DNA of 64,000 nucleotides from Atractiella rhizophila (lineage: Eukaryota): assembly GCA_021432655.1 (NCBI GenBank), contig MU271182.1, positions 62,001 to 126,000 of the forward strand, read 5' to 3'. The notes beneath the pieces are model-generated. The model searched no databases and had not been told where the DNA came from. It was given only the letters and a program-made list of their open reading frames with translations. The position numbers were made by a program, and so were the translations under genes. Of this stretch, positions 38,020 to 51,900 are shown piece after piece (the first letter of the stretch is position 1; the number at the start of each line of letters is the position of its first letter).

Positions 38020-39200
38020 TACCAAGCACACATCTTGTGAATGCTGCCCACTTAAGCTCAAAAATGGTGCGTGAAGAGAAGGAAGATGAAGGAGGCACTC
38101 AGAAAAGAAAGAAATAAAAAGGACAGACATCAAAGTAATGGCTGAGTCTGTGAAGAAGGCAGCAGGATTCCTCAAGGCTCTGGGAGGAAAGAACATCACA
38201 TAGAGGGAGGAGGAAAAGAAGGCATTGGAAGTAGCAACCGTGCTAGCCTCGAAAATCTTTACCCCCTTAAAATCCGGAGGACTCAAGCATTGGTGGATGA
38301 GAGTGGCAAACCCATCTCTGTCCAAAAGCCCATCAAGATCGAGATAAAGACAGCCAAACTATCGAAGGCAGAAGCTGGGGTGTACAAGGACATCATCGAT
38401 GCTGCAAAGAGCGCACCCTCAGGCAGAAAGGGAGATGGATTCTGGACCCAACATAGGACAATGCTCAATCACGTCTGCTTCCCAACCGACTGCCCGACGA
38501 CTCTACTGTTGCCTCCTTCTGAAGATTCCTCAGCATCCAAACAGAGAGAAGAAAACCAAACAGATCATTCAGAAGACCAGATGGAGGTAGGTGCAGTCGT
38601 ACAGCCTGAGCCCAGTTCGTCCTGCACCCAAGAGGACGACATGCAAGTCGACAACCAGCAGCCACCTGCCTCAGAGGCCTCTAACGTACCAGAGGACGAT
38701 TCCACGGGTCCATGGGGGCAAGCTAGCAAGGTGGACAAATCGACATGGATCCCATGTGAGGTACCAAAAGCGTGGATACCAGAGAGTCCAGCTGAGGATC
38801 CTTATCCATGGAGAAAGCTCATGTCCTTGTGTCACCTGCTCAGCGAACTGGTCACAGACAAGGATCGGAAGGGAAGGTCGCTGTGTATGTCTCCTGGCCG
38901 AGCAGGAAGCCAATAATCCAAAAGGCAAGTGAAATGCATTCCGATAACCAGGCTGACCATTTCTACAGTATATGGAGTGGTACAACATCCTAGCACTGTG
39001 GGTGGATGGCACCAGTATGAAGAATTCAGAAAATCACCACAAAGCGATGAGGGCGTTAAACATGGAGGCACCTCACTTAGTAGACAATGGCATCACTCCT
39101 TCAGAGGTTGTGGTCTTCTCGCCTGTAAGCAATGTTGGCGTAACCTTGCATGGATGTTCTCACTTGATCCTGGTGATGAGTTGTGGGCTGCTTAAGTCGT
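38020..39200 (+). pseudogene. SNF2-like helicase C-terminal fragment
   Basis: EIKTAKLSKAEAGVYKDII, GKVAVYVSW, LWVDG and VVVFSPVSNVGVTLHGCSHLILV resemble helicase C-terminal motifs IV-V. Frameshifted and cut by the hAT end at 39223. Confidence 0.5.
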
Positions 39201-39222
39201 AACAAAGCCAACACTGTCGATC

Positions 39223-39900
39223 TAGGCTTGGTACACGGGTTAACCGTCGTCCTGCGGGTTTTTCCGCAGGGGATTTGTGCCTTGAGAGCTGCCACGTGCC
39301 CATGCCCATACCTGCAAGGGATTCCCGTCATTGGAGGGAGTAACCCGCAGGATAGCTGGGACTGCACGGGAGTCAACGGGACAAAGGGTATATCTGGGAT
39401 ACGTGTCAAAAGTGTCAAAGAGCTGCAAGATTTAAAAGGACATGTAATTACGATAAGAATGAAATGAATATTGTTTTCTTGGCCTAACACTTTCTCTCAG
39501 TCAATCAACATGCCTACTGCCACCACGTTAGCCACCTCCTGCTCCTTTTTCTTCGCTGCTTCCGCAGCCTTCCTCTTCTGCTTGTCAATCTGTTTTACGG
39601 CCTGAAACAGCTCCTTTGTGATGGGTAGCAGTCCATCCTGCTCCCATAGATTGAGCAGCATTGCTGATCGAAAGACGGGGTCGGACAGTTGATGACGCAG
39701 GTAGGAAACTGTTGGAAAGGATGATGGAGACACGAAGCGTGTTTGCCGTATTTACCGTGCATTCTGATGCATCAGCAAACATGTGGCACTTCACCGCGAG
39801 AGGTGTTCAAAACCTTAATCCCTGATGGCAACGATTTGCAAAGGGCTGGCACCCTTGGCCGGGCCGACAGCCCAGCGCACAAGGGAATTTCACGGAGAAT
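39223..39900 (-). mobile_element. hAT element 3' end: terminus + transposase dimerization-domain remnant
   Basis: Terminus TAGGCTTGGTACACGGG with CGGG/CCCG repeats. Reverse ORF VSYLRHQLSDPVFRSAMLLNLW parallels ITGLRHNLSQDSFHAAMALGSW of the hAT at 28606-28824. Confidence 0.8.
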
Positions 39901-41299
39901 GGCAGAAAAGATGGCAAAAATCATGCAAATTCTAAGCAATTCTTCACCCTGCTTCGTCGCTTTCGCTTTACAAGTTCGACGGTGGTGAAGTAGACCTCAC
40001 GAGAACCTTCAGAATCCATCCTCAGACGCTTACGGTCAAGCAAGAATCAGTCTCTACAGCAATTTCTCCATCCCCTTTCCCAACTTCATCGGCTATTCTT
40101 ACACTACGTTACCCCCTGAACGCACACTCGTACTTTGTTCCAGGATACAACTCTAGGCGCCTCTTTCAACAGCTGGGAGTGAGCAGAGCGAGGGGGCTGT
40201 GGGAAGGACAGTGAATTAGGCACCTGGTGGAGGAGAAGGTCCAAGAGGACGGACGGAACTGGACCTGGAAAGAGCACCTAGTGAGAGAAGTGATGTGAGG
40301 GAAAGGAGATTATTACACGCATTTAGGTCCGAACCTGTGAGTGAATGTCTTGTCATACAAGGGGAGGTGTGCTGTTGTGATCCAGGAAACTGACTTCCTT
40401 ATGTGCGGTACAGAAATTTAACATGTCACTCGCAGCCAGCTTCTTATTATTCCTCCGTACTTCTTTATTATATCGTCCTTTGTTATCTGCTTTGCATCTC
40501 AGTATTTGGCCATGTTTCCGAGTTCTCACAATGCTGCTAAGCAGCGTAACCACTTCAGTTTCGGTAGCTTCGAGCAACAAATCAATTTGGTTGTCTCTTT
40601 TCGTGACAGTCCAGACTTGAATACTTCTACAGAACCTCAAAGCTTGGGTGAGAATTTGAACACCCTTAATAATGTTTCCAGCTCACCTTCATCGTCTACG
40701 TTGCCTATTCCAAGTCCTTTTACTGTGCTTCCTAGTACAAGACCGAATAACTTCTTATCTCTTTCTTATAATTCTGCCTTTCGAATGCACCGACATCTCC
40801 CTCAAAAAATCGGAAGAAGAGAAGAAGAAGCCTCAACAGAGAAGAGATCGACACGAACGAACGAACGGAAGGTCATTGCAGCGATGTTGCGTCCTCTCTT
40901 CCCTCGAGCCCCGTCTCTCATGCTCCCGAGCAACGTGTCAAACGAGCGCGAGTGTTGGACATTGCTTCGAAATCTCGTCTCAACCCTGATGTGCCTTCAG
41001 GGTCAGAGCACCCTCTCCCCTTTCAAGTTGTACGCCCACTTTTCAGTTTTCAGAATCACTCAGTGCTAATGAGCGGACCCAGCCTTCCGTTGGCCATGGA
41101 ACACACCTCCTCCCGGCGGCCTGCATAGACCCACCTTCCGTGACGAGCTTGTTGGTTTCGACCAGCCCATTCGTCAGGTCCTTTGAAATCCTGCGTCCGT
41201 CGCTCGCTGCTCCTCTCGGTCCCCTTCAGCCTTTTCCTCTTGTTAGTATTCATTCATATTCAGCCTATGTGTGAGAAGGAATAACTGCTGACAATGGGA

Positions 41300-42430
41300 A
41301 ATGTAGGTAGCTGAGGTAGATTATTGTTCCAAGTGCGGAACGACGGACCCTCCCAAGCTCAAGCAACTGGCCAACCATCAGGCCAGTAGTCTCTGCAAGC
41401 AGACGCACGCAAACTTAACGGCGCGTGGATGGCATCCAGAGACATGGTCGGCTGAAGAGCCACCTCCTCTACCTTCGGAATGTGTGTTGTTATATATCTG
41501 ATTGCATAATTCTGTACTAATGCTGGATAGGCTTCAATCTTCACGAAAGACTCGCGAGCAAGTCATTTTGTCATGGTATCCTGATCTCCCCTCCCGACTC
41601 TCGGTACACCTCTGGATCCATCCCCACCATAAGTACAGCCTCAGACGCAGAGGACCCGTTCACCTACGTGCTCAATAGGAACCACGACACTCTAATCTCC
41701 ACCAAATGTGTCGAAAAACTGACACCGTACGATATCTCAATCGGTGAAACACGATGCCACAAGTGCCGCCAGCTTCTCCTTGACCCATCCGTGAAGAAAA
41801 TCCAGAAGAGGAAGAACCGTCCCGTAGAAAAAGCGCTCCTTATCTGTCAAAACGCCATATATCTGGTGGATCATTCCAGGAAGGTCATAAAGAGGGTGAG
41901 GTCGGAAAAACTGAAGGTTCGTACTTTAGCTGGTCATCCCCTGTCATGTCGCATTGAGAAACTGCCGTTAGGGCTTGAACCAGTGTCGCGATCACGAACA
42001 GACACGCAAACGAGTGCAGATTCTCCAAGCGCTTGTCATCGCCATCGAACAGAGCAACTGCTCACGCATTCCAGAAATTGTTCGACGCTGCCGCCTTCGG
42101 AAGATGAGGATTCAAAGCATTACTGATCTCGTCATTCGTGCTACGGATGGGTCTTATCGAATGCGCTCCTATAGCGAGAAAATTATCAAGGTAGCGACAA
42201 TTGTGAAAGCTTACGGTGGACGGATTCCCCTCGAAGTGCTCCGAAAGCAGTTCGGCGAGCATCTGCCCTCTCGCACCACAATCTGGCGACACGATGCTAA
42301 CGCTCGTATCCGTCTCTCTCACGACTATCCTACGCGCTCCGAGATGCGATATAACCTCGACATCTTCTTCCCAATGTCGAGTATCCGACAGACTGGACAA
42401 TGTTTTGGAGAAGATGACATGGCGGCAAGG
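41300..42430 (+). pseudogene. Putative P-element-like DNA transposase, N-terminal fragment
   Basis: CHKC segment and coiled-coil, then SYSEKIIKVATIVKAYGGRIPLEVLRKQFGEHLPSRTTIWRH (LPS..TI motif preceding the catalytic core in P/THAP9-type transposases). Truncated before the DDE region. Confidence 0.5.
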
Positions 42431-42860
42431 ATCCTGGCCGGATTACATGCGGACATTTGGGGCCAGTTTGCGGAATTCTGGTATGCTGCTTTCTATCTCA
42501 GCTTTGTAATACAGGTTGATCATTGTGATGGGCAGATTCATTGCAGGATCTGTGATTTTTTTCTATCATCATGCTTGCCCGACATCTGCCTTTTTGCAGC
42601 TTTTCGCCTGTTGTTGTGCAAATGCTCAAATATTGTCCAATGTACTCCCAAGTTTGAAACCTAATTGTGGACGTCGGAAATTTTCGACATCCACACTAAG
42701 GAAGGGGTACCCCCCCCCTTGAAGTCCGTAGGATATCCGAAATTACACTTTTGAACACCTCTCGTTCACCGCAAGTCTGGTACTATAAGGGAGCGCCTGC
42801 GAAATTCTCTTCTTTTTCCCCAATCACTTTATTATCCATTTTGATCGTGCTCACACTTTC

Positions 42861-44970
42861 GTGATTGGGGACAAGTTAGCCCAAGCCAAAATCTCATTTG
42901 GTAGCGAGAGAGCTCGATTACGGTCCGCGAATATCATCACATCAAAGATTCCTACGGAAGGAAGCACCACGCCAACAGGAGTTACGTCAGGAAGGAGAGA
43001 TCCATTTACGACAGGAGCCTCAACCCCAGGGACAGAGGAAACACCTTTATTCACGACCTCGACTGTCCCATACTCCGTTTCATCTTCCGCGAAAATTGCG
43101 TCCGAAATAAACCTCCCAACGGGATCAGTGCAAACCATTGTTGCAAACGAGAAGATTCCTCCCCTCACTCTCCAAAATTCCACCAGGTTCTTCCGCTCTC
43201 TGAAATCCATCCTCGACGCGAACAATGTGGGGATTCTGCTGGATGGCATCGTGACGGAACCAGTCAGCCCTATGTCTGAGGAAGGGTTGACGGTGACGCA
43301 GATGCAAGAGATGATGTCCAAGGGTCAAACTCCGAAGATAAAGAGCCCAACGGATGAGGAGAATACTGCGTTCATCAAGGCTTTGTCGAACTGGAGACGC
43401 ATGGCAGCCATTGCGATGATGGTCTTGAAGCAATCTGTGGAAGACACAGCGAGGGTGTTCATCGAAGACCAGGTGGATCCGGTAAAGGCCATAAAGATTC
43501 TGAAGGACAAATACGAGACCAAGGAATTTGCTGACACGGCACACCTTTTGCGCCAATTTACGAACTTTACCCACGAGTCGAGTAATCTCAGCCTTATCGA
43601 ATGGATCGCGAAATTGCACGAGCGAAGAAGAATATTCAATGAGTCCCAGGACGAGTTGACGATTAGCGATACCCCCCCTTCCAAAAACCCCAGCAAAGGC
43701 CTGCCAAAAAAAAACCCAAAGGGGCCAACCCCAAAAAGGGTCAACCAAGCTGACCTCGCATCTGTTGTAAACCGACTGACAGCGGAAGAGATGGCTTTGA
43801 GGAATAGGGAGGAGGTCAGATCAGGAGATAAGGACATCGCACTCGTCTCTAGGATCTCCCCTCAGCAGACCACGTCCTCGAACATGGGAAAGAAGAGAGA
43901 GGGCAACGATGGCCGTCCACAACGTCCATAGATCAACAGGATTGCGCCGAATGCCAGAGCGATCAAAAATTGGGGAAATTGGCCCCATGGGACAACCGAG
44001 AGGGGACAATTTCGACTGGGAACGCGTCAGTGTTATCACTGCGGGAAGGACGGTCATTATGGACGCAACTGCAATCTTAACAGAAAACAACAGGCGGCCT
44101 CCCTCCTTGCTGTTTTCAAGCAATATGACATCGAAGTCCCCCGAAATGAGCTACACGTTCTCATTGCTACTGTTGCAGACGAACAACATGCAAATCCGAT
44201 ACGTGCGACGGATAACGATCCTTCGACGGGAAAACCGTATTACGAACAGTTGGGCGTGGTGTCGGACTCTGATGGGTCAACGGGAGCGTATCTGGCGGAA
44301 GTTGACGACGAGGATGGATTAGAAACGGTCGACTTTGGTGCCTACATCACATCGTTTGACCTTGACACCGTGAACCCGTCAGAAATTGCCAGCCTCAATT
44401 CAGAAGGCGAAGGATTTGCACTGATGGCTGGAATAAGCGACGGAGAGCAGATCGAAGGCACGATACGCCCCTTCCACCTTGATAGCGCTGCCTCGATTCA
44501 TCTGACCGTCTGCCCATGGCTACTGCATGATCTCAGGGAGCTTGAGAAACCCATTGGCATCAAGGGTGCTTGGGGTTCAAAGGGATTTGCCACGGCGATT
44601 GGTAACCTGAAAGCGGCATTCGTCCTCGACGATGGGACGACAACAGTTGGAATGATACGGAAGGTGTACTATGCGCCAGGGTTGGGAGTGAATCTCATTT
44701 CGTCCAAGATTCTTGTTGGATTTTGCAGTCTAGTTTCGTGCCACTCAGTGGCAAAGTCGTTTAGTTTTCTGGAATGTTCTACTATTTTCTAGTTGCCTCT
44801 GCTGTAAGCTATATAAACTCATAGAATTCCATTTCCTGGTGCTCATGCGTTTGCAAGAGCTCAGCCAAACGTAACCAAGTCGTACTTAGCTCCGCTCCTC
44901 AGCCCGTCGATTTCCAACAATTCTGATGGAAGCTGGGGTGGTATTCAACAATGACACGAAGAGTGTTTAC
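42861..44970 (+). mobile_element. Ty1/Copia gag-protease fragment, frameshifted, interrupted by a solo LTR
   Basis: Gag LKQSVEDTARVFIEDQVDPVKAIKILKDKYE, zinc knuckle CYHCGKDGHYGRNC (~44030-44072), protease FHLDSAASIHLT...VYYAPGLGVNLISSKIL continuing as MEAGVVF after the LTR. Confidence 0.9.
44714..44919. mobile_element. Solo LTR (206 bp), 5-bp TSD ATTCT, inverted copy of 25362-25567
   Basis: TGTTGGA...TCCAACA termini. ATTCT at 44709-44713 and 44920-44924. Confidence 0.93.
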
Positions 44971-46749
44971 CTGCATGGGAAGGATGGGAAATTGTTCGGA
45001 ATAGCTTCCATTGGCCGAACGCTCATTACCTTGAGAATACATTTCATGGTTACTTAAGAGAAATAACTTTACCTGCAAATGCGAGCCACAAAAACGATGG
45101 GACTCGCACTGCAGGGGTCTTGCATATTTGTGAGAAAATATCACCGTAGCCCGTCGCCGTTCCTTGAGCCAATTATCAAGCAATAGAAGAAGAAGAAAGG
45201 GGAAAGAGAAAAAGTCACGACCACAAGGCATGTAGCTGGCTATATTTCCATCACAACAACAAGTCAGTCTTTCACTTTTTTGGTGACATGAGGTCGTAGT
45301 TTGCAGAAAGACAAGTGGATACCCTCAGTGATTCCTATGATTCCTAGTGAGTGTTCAATGTTGAACTGTTTAATGAATGATGCAATGAGCGCATTTAAGG
45401 CGCTCCGATCGAACTTGCAGTATCGGTTCTACTTGACTGCATTCGTGTTTTTTCTTTGTTCTCGCTCTCAAGAAGTACTGTTTGGTGAGAGATGACAGCA
45501 ATTTGTCTGTAAGCCACCACTTCTCTATGATCTGCATTGAGCGATCTGCCAGACCAACAACACACCCATCTTTCGTGTACGTCTTTTTACTCGCTGGAAA
45601 TTGGCATGACTCTCACACTCTCCACAGTTGATCTACTTTGCCATCATGACAAACATTTTCATCACTTCCCTTCATCTTCTAGAACTCATTCTCGTGCTCT
45701 CTTTTCCAGAAACCACATACCACATCACAGGCAAATCCTACAATCGGTATTCCCTCATTTATTGATTGTTGGGACTTAGTTCTCCTTATCACCCAAGCAT
45801 TTACTTATATGGGTAAGTGACTTTCTATCATCTGTCTACATGTTTCATCGAATGCACAGCATTGTTACCCTCATTGTCGGAGCCCAACTTAATCAGCCAT
45901 CTTCCCAAGAAGTATTGCCAGTGGGTATCCCCTACACAATTAGGCTGAACATAAGGATGATTTTCTAGCATGGAGTAGACTAATCGAGCGCCATTCTAGA
46001 GGCAGCCTGCACAAGGCATCAAACAGACGGACAAAAATGCGGAGGATGATTTAGCAGAACGACAGCAACTTAGACCCAGAGCAATGCGCCTGATGGGGGA
46101 TTTATGAATGTTCCACCTTGTTTGTGGCGATGCGAAATATATTGTTTGTTTCAGTAACCGAAAGTTGAGCCCTATTTCTTTGATGAAATTGATCAACCTC
46201 AAGCTCCAATTCTGTCGACTAAAGGATTGAAAGCTCAGCGTTTACTGAAATTAAAAGTGGCGCTAGAGACAACGTTGAAGGTAGGATGGAGTTGGTCATG
46301 TCACGTATTATGCACTTTCATGGAGACAACTCCCTTAGAAATTATGTCGCTTGATAGATAATTATTAAGCGAACAGTGAGTCCTCACTAGCTTGGCTAAC
46401 CCTTCTTAAAACACAACCACAGGATGCTTCCATACTTACACGTCCAAATTGCAAGCAATGGATGGAATTTTCTTACAATCACAGCATTGGCACATCAGCA
46501 AAACCCCCACCCTATGAATAACTATGATAGGGTCCTTCGTGGGGCAGAGTATGGGCCTGTGAAAAGCTTTCTAGTACTATGATAGATCACAAGCACTTAT
46601 ATTTTTTTACTTAATAATACTAAACTCAAGGATCCACAGCATGATAGCCTCCCCTTGACTAAGGCATTCCAGCGGAATTCGGATCCAGAACCAAAGCACG
46701 AGCAGGTGATCTGTAATACCGGTGGAGCAGCAGAAACGGGAGATGGATA

Positions 46750-47120
46750 CATGAGAGAGTGATATTTTATGTTCCTGCTGATCCGCATGTCCTCGTTGCG
46801 TCGTTCAAGCTCCTTCCACTTGGTTCGTACTACCTCACCATGAGGTAGCTGCAAATGAGCCCACTTTACAAATTACCATCCCACTGAGCATTTGGAGCCC
46901 AGCGTAAAAGGTATGCTTCAAATGACTTTCGTTGGATTGGACCAGTCTAACTTTGCACGAAGGAAGTGAAAGGAATTCCCAAGCTGCAAAGAGCCTCGTG
47001 GGAGAGACCGTTGACATTGCCAGTCGACTTGCGAATGGCCAAATGGACATGTATGTGCTCCATGTGCTCTACATGATGTCTCAAGCACTCCATAACCATT
47101 GAATCGATGCAACAGGTCGC
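46750..47120 (-). pseudogene. Third CACTA/Tnp2-type transposase remnant (C-terminal part)
   Basis: LQLPHGEVVRTKWKELERRNEDMRISRNIKY parallels ALANGDIIRS and HLADGTVVRS..RRARCI in the other two copies. Confidence 0.6.
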
Positions 47121-47291
47121 AGTAGGATGCTTGGAAGCAGGACCATGAAGAATTTCTCGTTCGAGCTCAACCTTCGTGTTGTTATTGTAGAACGGGAATG
47201 ATATCCTTCAGTGTTTTACAGGCTTTATATACTTTGTAAGACATTATTCTAGAATCTTCAAGAAACGTAAGATATAGAAAAAGCGAGAACT

Positions 47292-47492
47292 TGTGGCAAA
47301 AGGGAACATTCTAGAATTGCCACTCAAATGAGATGGCAGGATGAATCATGAATGACAACACTTCGACAAATTTTCACGCGTACTAAGAACGACGCAACGC
47401 CACATATTCGAGGGGATTCTATTTCATTCTCGCTTCTTCTTGCTTACTGATTTCTTACGCGTTGGTGTACTTTCTAGAATTTGTTTGCCACA
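47292..47492. mobile_element. 201-bp MITE-like element, TGTGGCAAA termini, possible 2-bp TSD CT
   Basis: TGTGGCAAA..ATTCTAGAA (left) pairs with TTCTAGAAT..TTTGCCACA (right). CT at 47290-47291 and 47493-47494. Confidence 0.55.
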
Positions 47493-48059
47493 CTTTTCTC
47501 AGATGAAGTCAGTCGAAGAGAGTTGAAAGGAGAGCTCTGAGAGAGCTTGGGAGAGCGGTTGGTTGATGATTGTTGGTGATCATGGCGCGACTCAGTGACT
47601 TACGTGCATTGGACTAGGACCAGAATTTTGGTTTCTGGGCTTTTATCGATATTTGCTGACAAATATCCCTTTCTGGAAACCACGGGTCACGAACACCTGC
47701 CACTGTACAGTACATACACTCTCATCTGACATATCTGAGCCATATTTACAAAGCTCAGCATCAGTTTTTTTGCAGTCAGGCAGATGGTTCGCCCTCTCTT
47801 TAGCTCTTACTAAAGTCGTGAGTCCAAATTCCAGTCCTACTTCTTGAGTTGCCTGATGGTTCTGTTCTGCCAACGTTGTATTACGGTACCTCTTTAGCTT
47901 ATCTTCATTCCCTGGGGCTGAGAGACGGTTCTCAGTTTCCACTTTCTTCACTAACAATGGCTTGCCTTGGAATCTTGTAGAAGTAATGGTGCAGAGGGTT
48001 TCTATTGGCAGCAGTTAGCTTGGGAGACATTTTTGGCAAATTGTTTGCACAAGGGGAAA

Positions 48060-48560
48060 ACTCTTCTACCTTACAATAGAGATAGGGAATGATCAGAGTG
48101 GTCCCATGGATGGGTATACGATTGCAAGAGCAATCATTGATGATGCAGCATACGAAATTTGATGAGCAAAGACTTCTACTTTGAAACATCAGAATTATCT
48201 CCCCCTCTCACACCGTCAGATAGCTCACTAATCATTGGGCATGGGTCAGTCATGATCCCTATTGGAAGAATATCGACATGGTCAGCAGTTCGATACCGTC
48301 CTTGCCTCAAGAACACAGAGTTTGAGATCTTAGACACTGGACAGGCCTTCAATATCCTCCTCAGCAAAGGGTGGAAAGAGCAAATGGAAGTTATCCATTT
48401 TACAAATGGGATGTCATTTGTTTTACGCCTGGACCAAACAACAAAATATGGAAATGCTATCGAAACGAGACAGTAGTATCAACACAACCTCCTGATGACC
48501 TCCCCCGTCATCGACACCTCATCCGAAATCGAAGATGAGCCCGGTTAAGAAATGTGCCAC
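48060..48560 (+). mobile_element. Ty3/Gypsy protease fragment, same family as 2416-4990
   Basis: ARAIIDD, MSKDFY, PSDSSLIIGHGSVMIPIG and TEFEILDTGQAFNILL align with the reverse-strand protease at 3000-3330. Confidence 0.75.
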
Positions 48561-49109
48561 ATTCCCTCGATCATCACCCTCCTTCTCAAACATTCCACGA
48601 AGGCAAGCTCTTGAGTCTTCCTCTTCCAATCAACCTTGAACAACAACTTTACTCAACACACCCCCACCGTCGTACCCTTTGCTAGCATCAGCACCATGGA
48701 ACGCAACCAAAGCAGTGTCGTAGCGAGGGTAGAGATCCGTAGAATCGTCTCGATAAGATTTGTCTTCTTTGGGTCTCCAATTCGGATTGGCTCGCAAAAC
48801 CTCCTTCAGGTGTGGGACAGATCCATCCGGTCGAGGAGGAGGGAGATGTGGGAGTGGGAAAAGGCAGGTCAGGGAACGGTATATGGTAATATCTTCAGTA
48901 TCGACATAAAATGGAGCAAGCTGTACTGCGTCGCAGCGTCGATTGCAGGGAGTTTCAGGAAAAGCTTGAGTGTAGAGAAATTTTGCAAGCTGAAACGGAA
49001 GTTGGATAAGGTCTTGCCTGTCGTTCAGTTCGTTCAGAAAATAGCTGCCATGAGCCGCTATGACGGTGTGAAATGAGCAACAGGAAGCATTTCAGATAGA
49101 GATATGATG

Positions 49110-51900
49110 CTAACATTTTGAAGGAAAGAGTGTACGAACCCCTCTTACAAAAGCATCGTGAATTGATGACCGTGTCTTGACCCCTTTCTTCCTCCACTTC
49201 CTTGCACTCCTTTCAGATAGGCTGGGATGGTCATAAGACGATAACCAGAGCGAATGAGAATTCATTCGATAAGCTCGATCAGACATGGCACAAATTTGAC
49301 GCTCGACATCTTGACGGTTGGTCCTTCTGTAAGGGATTTTGACGAAAACAATGTGAAGATACTCCGACAAGTCAGTAGATAAACCGACAAGATTGCCTAG
49401 TGAGCAGATAAAGTCTGACCAATGTTCTCGTGTGTGTTTGAGGGGTAGCTTGTAACCGAGAAATTTCCCTTTGTCGCTTACTCTCACCGTATCAAACCCC
49501 TTTCGAAATCGATAGTAACTGTCAAGGTTCTCTCTTAATTCTTGCAGAGACTGTTCATCATGTCGCCTGAACTGGATAAGTAGACCAATGTTGGCCTCAA
49601 TTCGATGCATGTTTAAAATGTCATCAGGAAGTCCTAGATTGTAGAGGATGGCCATGATTATCTGCGAGTAAAAGCCAAACCAGTGAATATTCGTGAGCAC
49701 TAGGAAGTTGGAAGTCACAAACCTTTCTCAGCTGACGTGCATCCAAGCCTATCCACTGATTGAAGTCCAGACCATTGCCAAAGTAACGACCTCCTAAGAA
49801 AGGAGGAACAAGCTTCAGCCTTTCCAAATTGTAAAGGTTAATAATTGTAAACATGTTTTGCTGAAGAAATAGACGAACCGTCTTTCCATCTCGTCCTTGA
49901 CCTTCTTCGATCCCCGATTTCGAGCGTCCACAGCTGAGATGAAATCCATTGTCCACGTTACAACATGGTCAAGGTACGGCTTGTCGTTCTGGTACAATCA
50001 GTCCGGAGTAAGCATGCGATGTGGATCACCCAGAATCTCCAATCCAGAAAGGAAGTTCTATATTTCATACTCATGAATTCAATTCAAGTGTAAGAAATCA
50101 GAACAAGAAGAACGTACGAAACCTGGATGCAACCTGATTTTGCAAGATCCATTTCGCTTAGAGTTGTTCTTAGCATGTTCGAATGCCGTCCGGTACGAAA
50201 TGGGCCAGTGCCAGGAAGCTCCAGCGAGTTGTGGTCCCGAGAGCAGACAGCACAATGACCGTAAATAATCCCGGCAAGGAGAATCTGATCAAGATAATCC
50301 ACCATCCATGAGGGAAGACCCAAGACAACCTTTCTTGTCCATCCATCAGGTCCGAGCAACAATCTTCCCGTCACTGAATCTTGCAGAAGCCTCCAGAAAG
50401 GAAACCTCACGCATTCGTGAAAACTTCACGCAAAAATTGCCGATAAAGAGGAGTCGTCTTTTCAGAAGAAGTAGCTAGCAAATAGGTATGAAGAGCGTAG
50501 TACTGCGAGCAAAATCACTTACCTTTGGGAATTGGTATCAAACCAACAAGCTGGTTTGCACCCCATGATGTTTCCAGGCGCAACTCCGTTGAATGGTCGA
50601 GAAGACGCAGCCCTAGCGGCCACAGTTGCCGAGTACCCTTTTGCACACTGACAACTGTCTTGTCCGACGAGAAGCACAACTTCATAATAGTCAGTCCAGC
50701 AGCAATTTGAGCCTAGATTGTGGTTCAGCACTTGATCATCATTTCAGGTCAAGTGGCAGACTTGTTTTTCCCACCACCATATTCCAGTGAACGGTTCTGA
50801 AAAAATCTGGTTCCCATTATGATCCAGCTCAATTACTGGGGCATGGGCCATATGGTTCATGAATGCGGGGTTTCCATACAAAGCTTGAACAATGTCGATA
50901 ACATCACGGAACTGAAAGTCCAAGTCTTTCTTCCATGATGGAAGGACCTTTGGGGCAGTGAGAAGCTTCTCGATTGAGATGGATGTTTTATGCCATGGGA
51001 TAGGAGGAGCTACAGTTGACGAAATTTTTCGATAGATTTGCTCTCTGTTGACGAAAGAAGACACGAAATTGGGGACAAGGTCGAATATTTGAAGAAGCCA
51101 TTTGGTATTCTCTTTACTAAGCCCAATTTCATGAACAAAGTAACTTAGCTCGAACTCTAGCCGGTTTGCAAATGGTGTATAGGGATTGGAGAACCATAAT
51201 TTGTCTTGGACTTCTTTAGAATGAAGGAGATGAGAGGGAGTTGTATATGTTGCACCTAAAATGCTATCATAAGTTGTCAAAGTAAACACCAAGTATGCAC
51301 AGGACAAACCGGCTTCTGGAAAATGTATTCGCCGTGCCCAAGCTTGGGTCACAGGAGGCACTGTAGCAACATGGTCTACTACCCCCTTTGCTTGATGAAC
51401 CTCAAATAACTGTAGTGGAATCAACAGAAGAGAGTCTGATGCAACAGATATACAATCATAACCAAAACCCATCAATCGGACCGATTCAGGCTCACCTTGT
51501 ATATCCACAATACCTTCTAAGCCAGTGGCCACTTCCTCCTATATTCTGGCCACCCTATCCTCCCTCTGTTCTAACCGATGGATTGTTTCACCCACATGTT
51601 CAGCCTTATAATGACGGAGGAGGCCAGCTTCTGTTCAAATAGGTTTGTGATGACATCCAGGAATTTGCATAGATATTGTGGGCTTTTTTGTCGCATATCT
51701 GCTGTCCTTCTGTAATTTGGAGTTGCGGTGGGGTATTTGGCTGATGCTGTCCAAAGGAGGCGACGCGTCAAGCAAAAACAACATCATGCTGATCATGATG
51801 TCATGTTCAAGCAACATCTAACAACACTCGGAAGGAGGAGGTGTCTGCCTTAGAAAAGAGTTGGAGGAAGGAGACTTGGAGGGTATTGGTTTGCATATTA
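49110..51900 (-). pseudogene. Plavaka-family transposase, spliced and degenerate
   Basis: FRDVIDIVQALYGNPAF..IFSEPFTGIWWWEKQ, SSDKT, WMVDYLDQILLAGI..HCAVC, VPPFLGGRYFGNGL..QWIG, LVGLSTDLSEYLHIVFVKIPYRRTNR. Confidence 0.88.
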
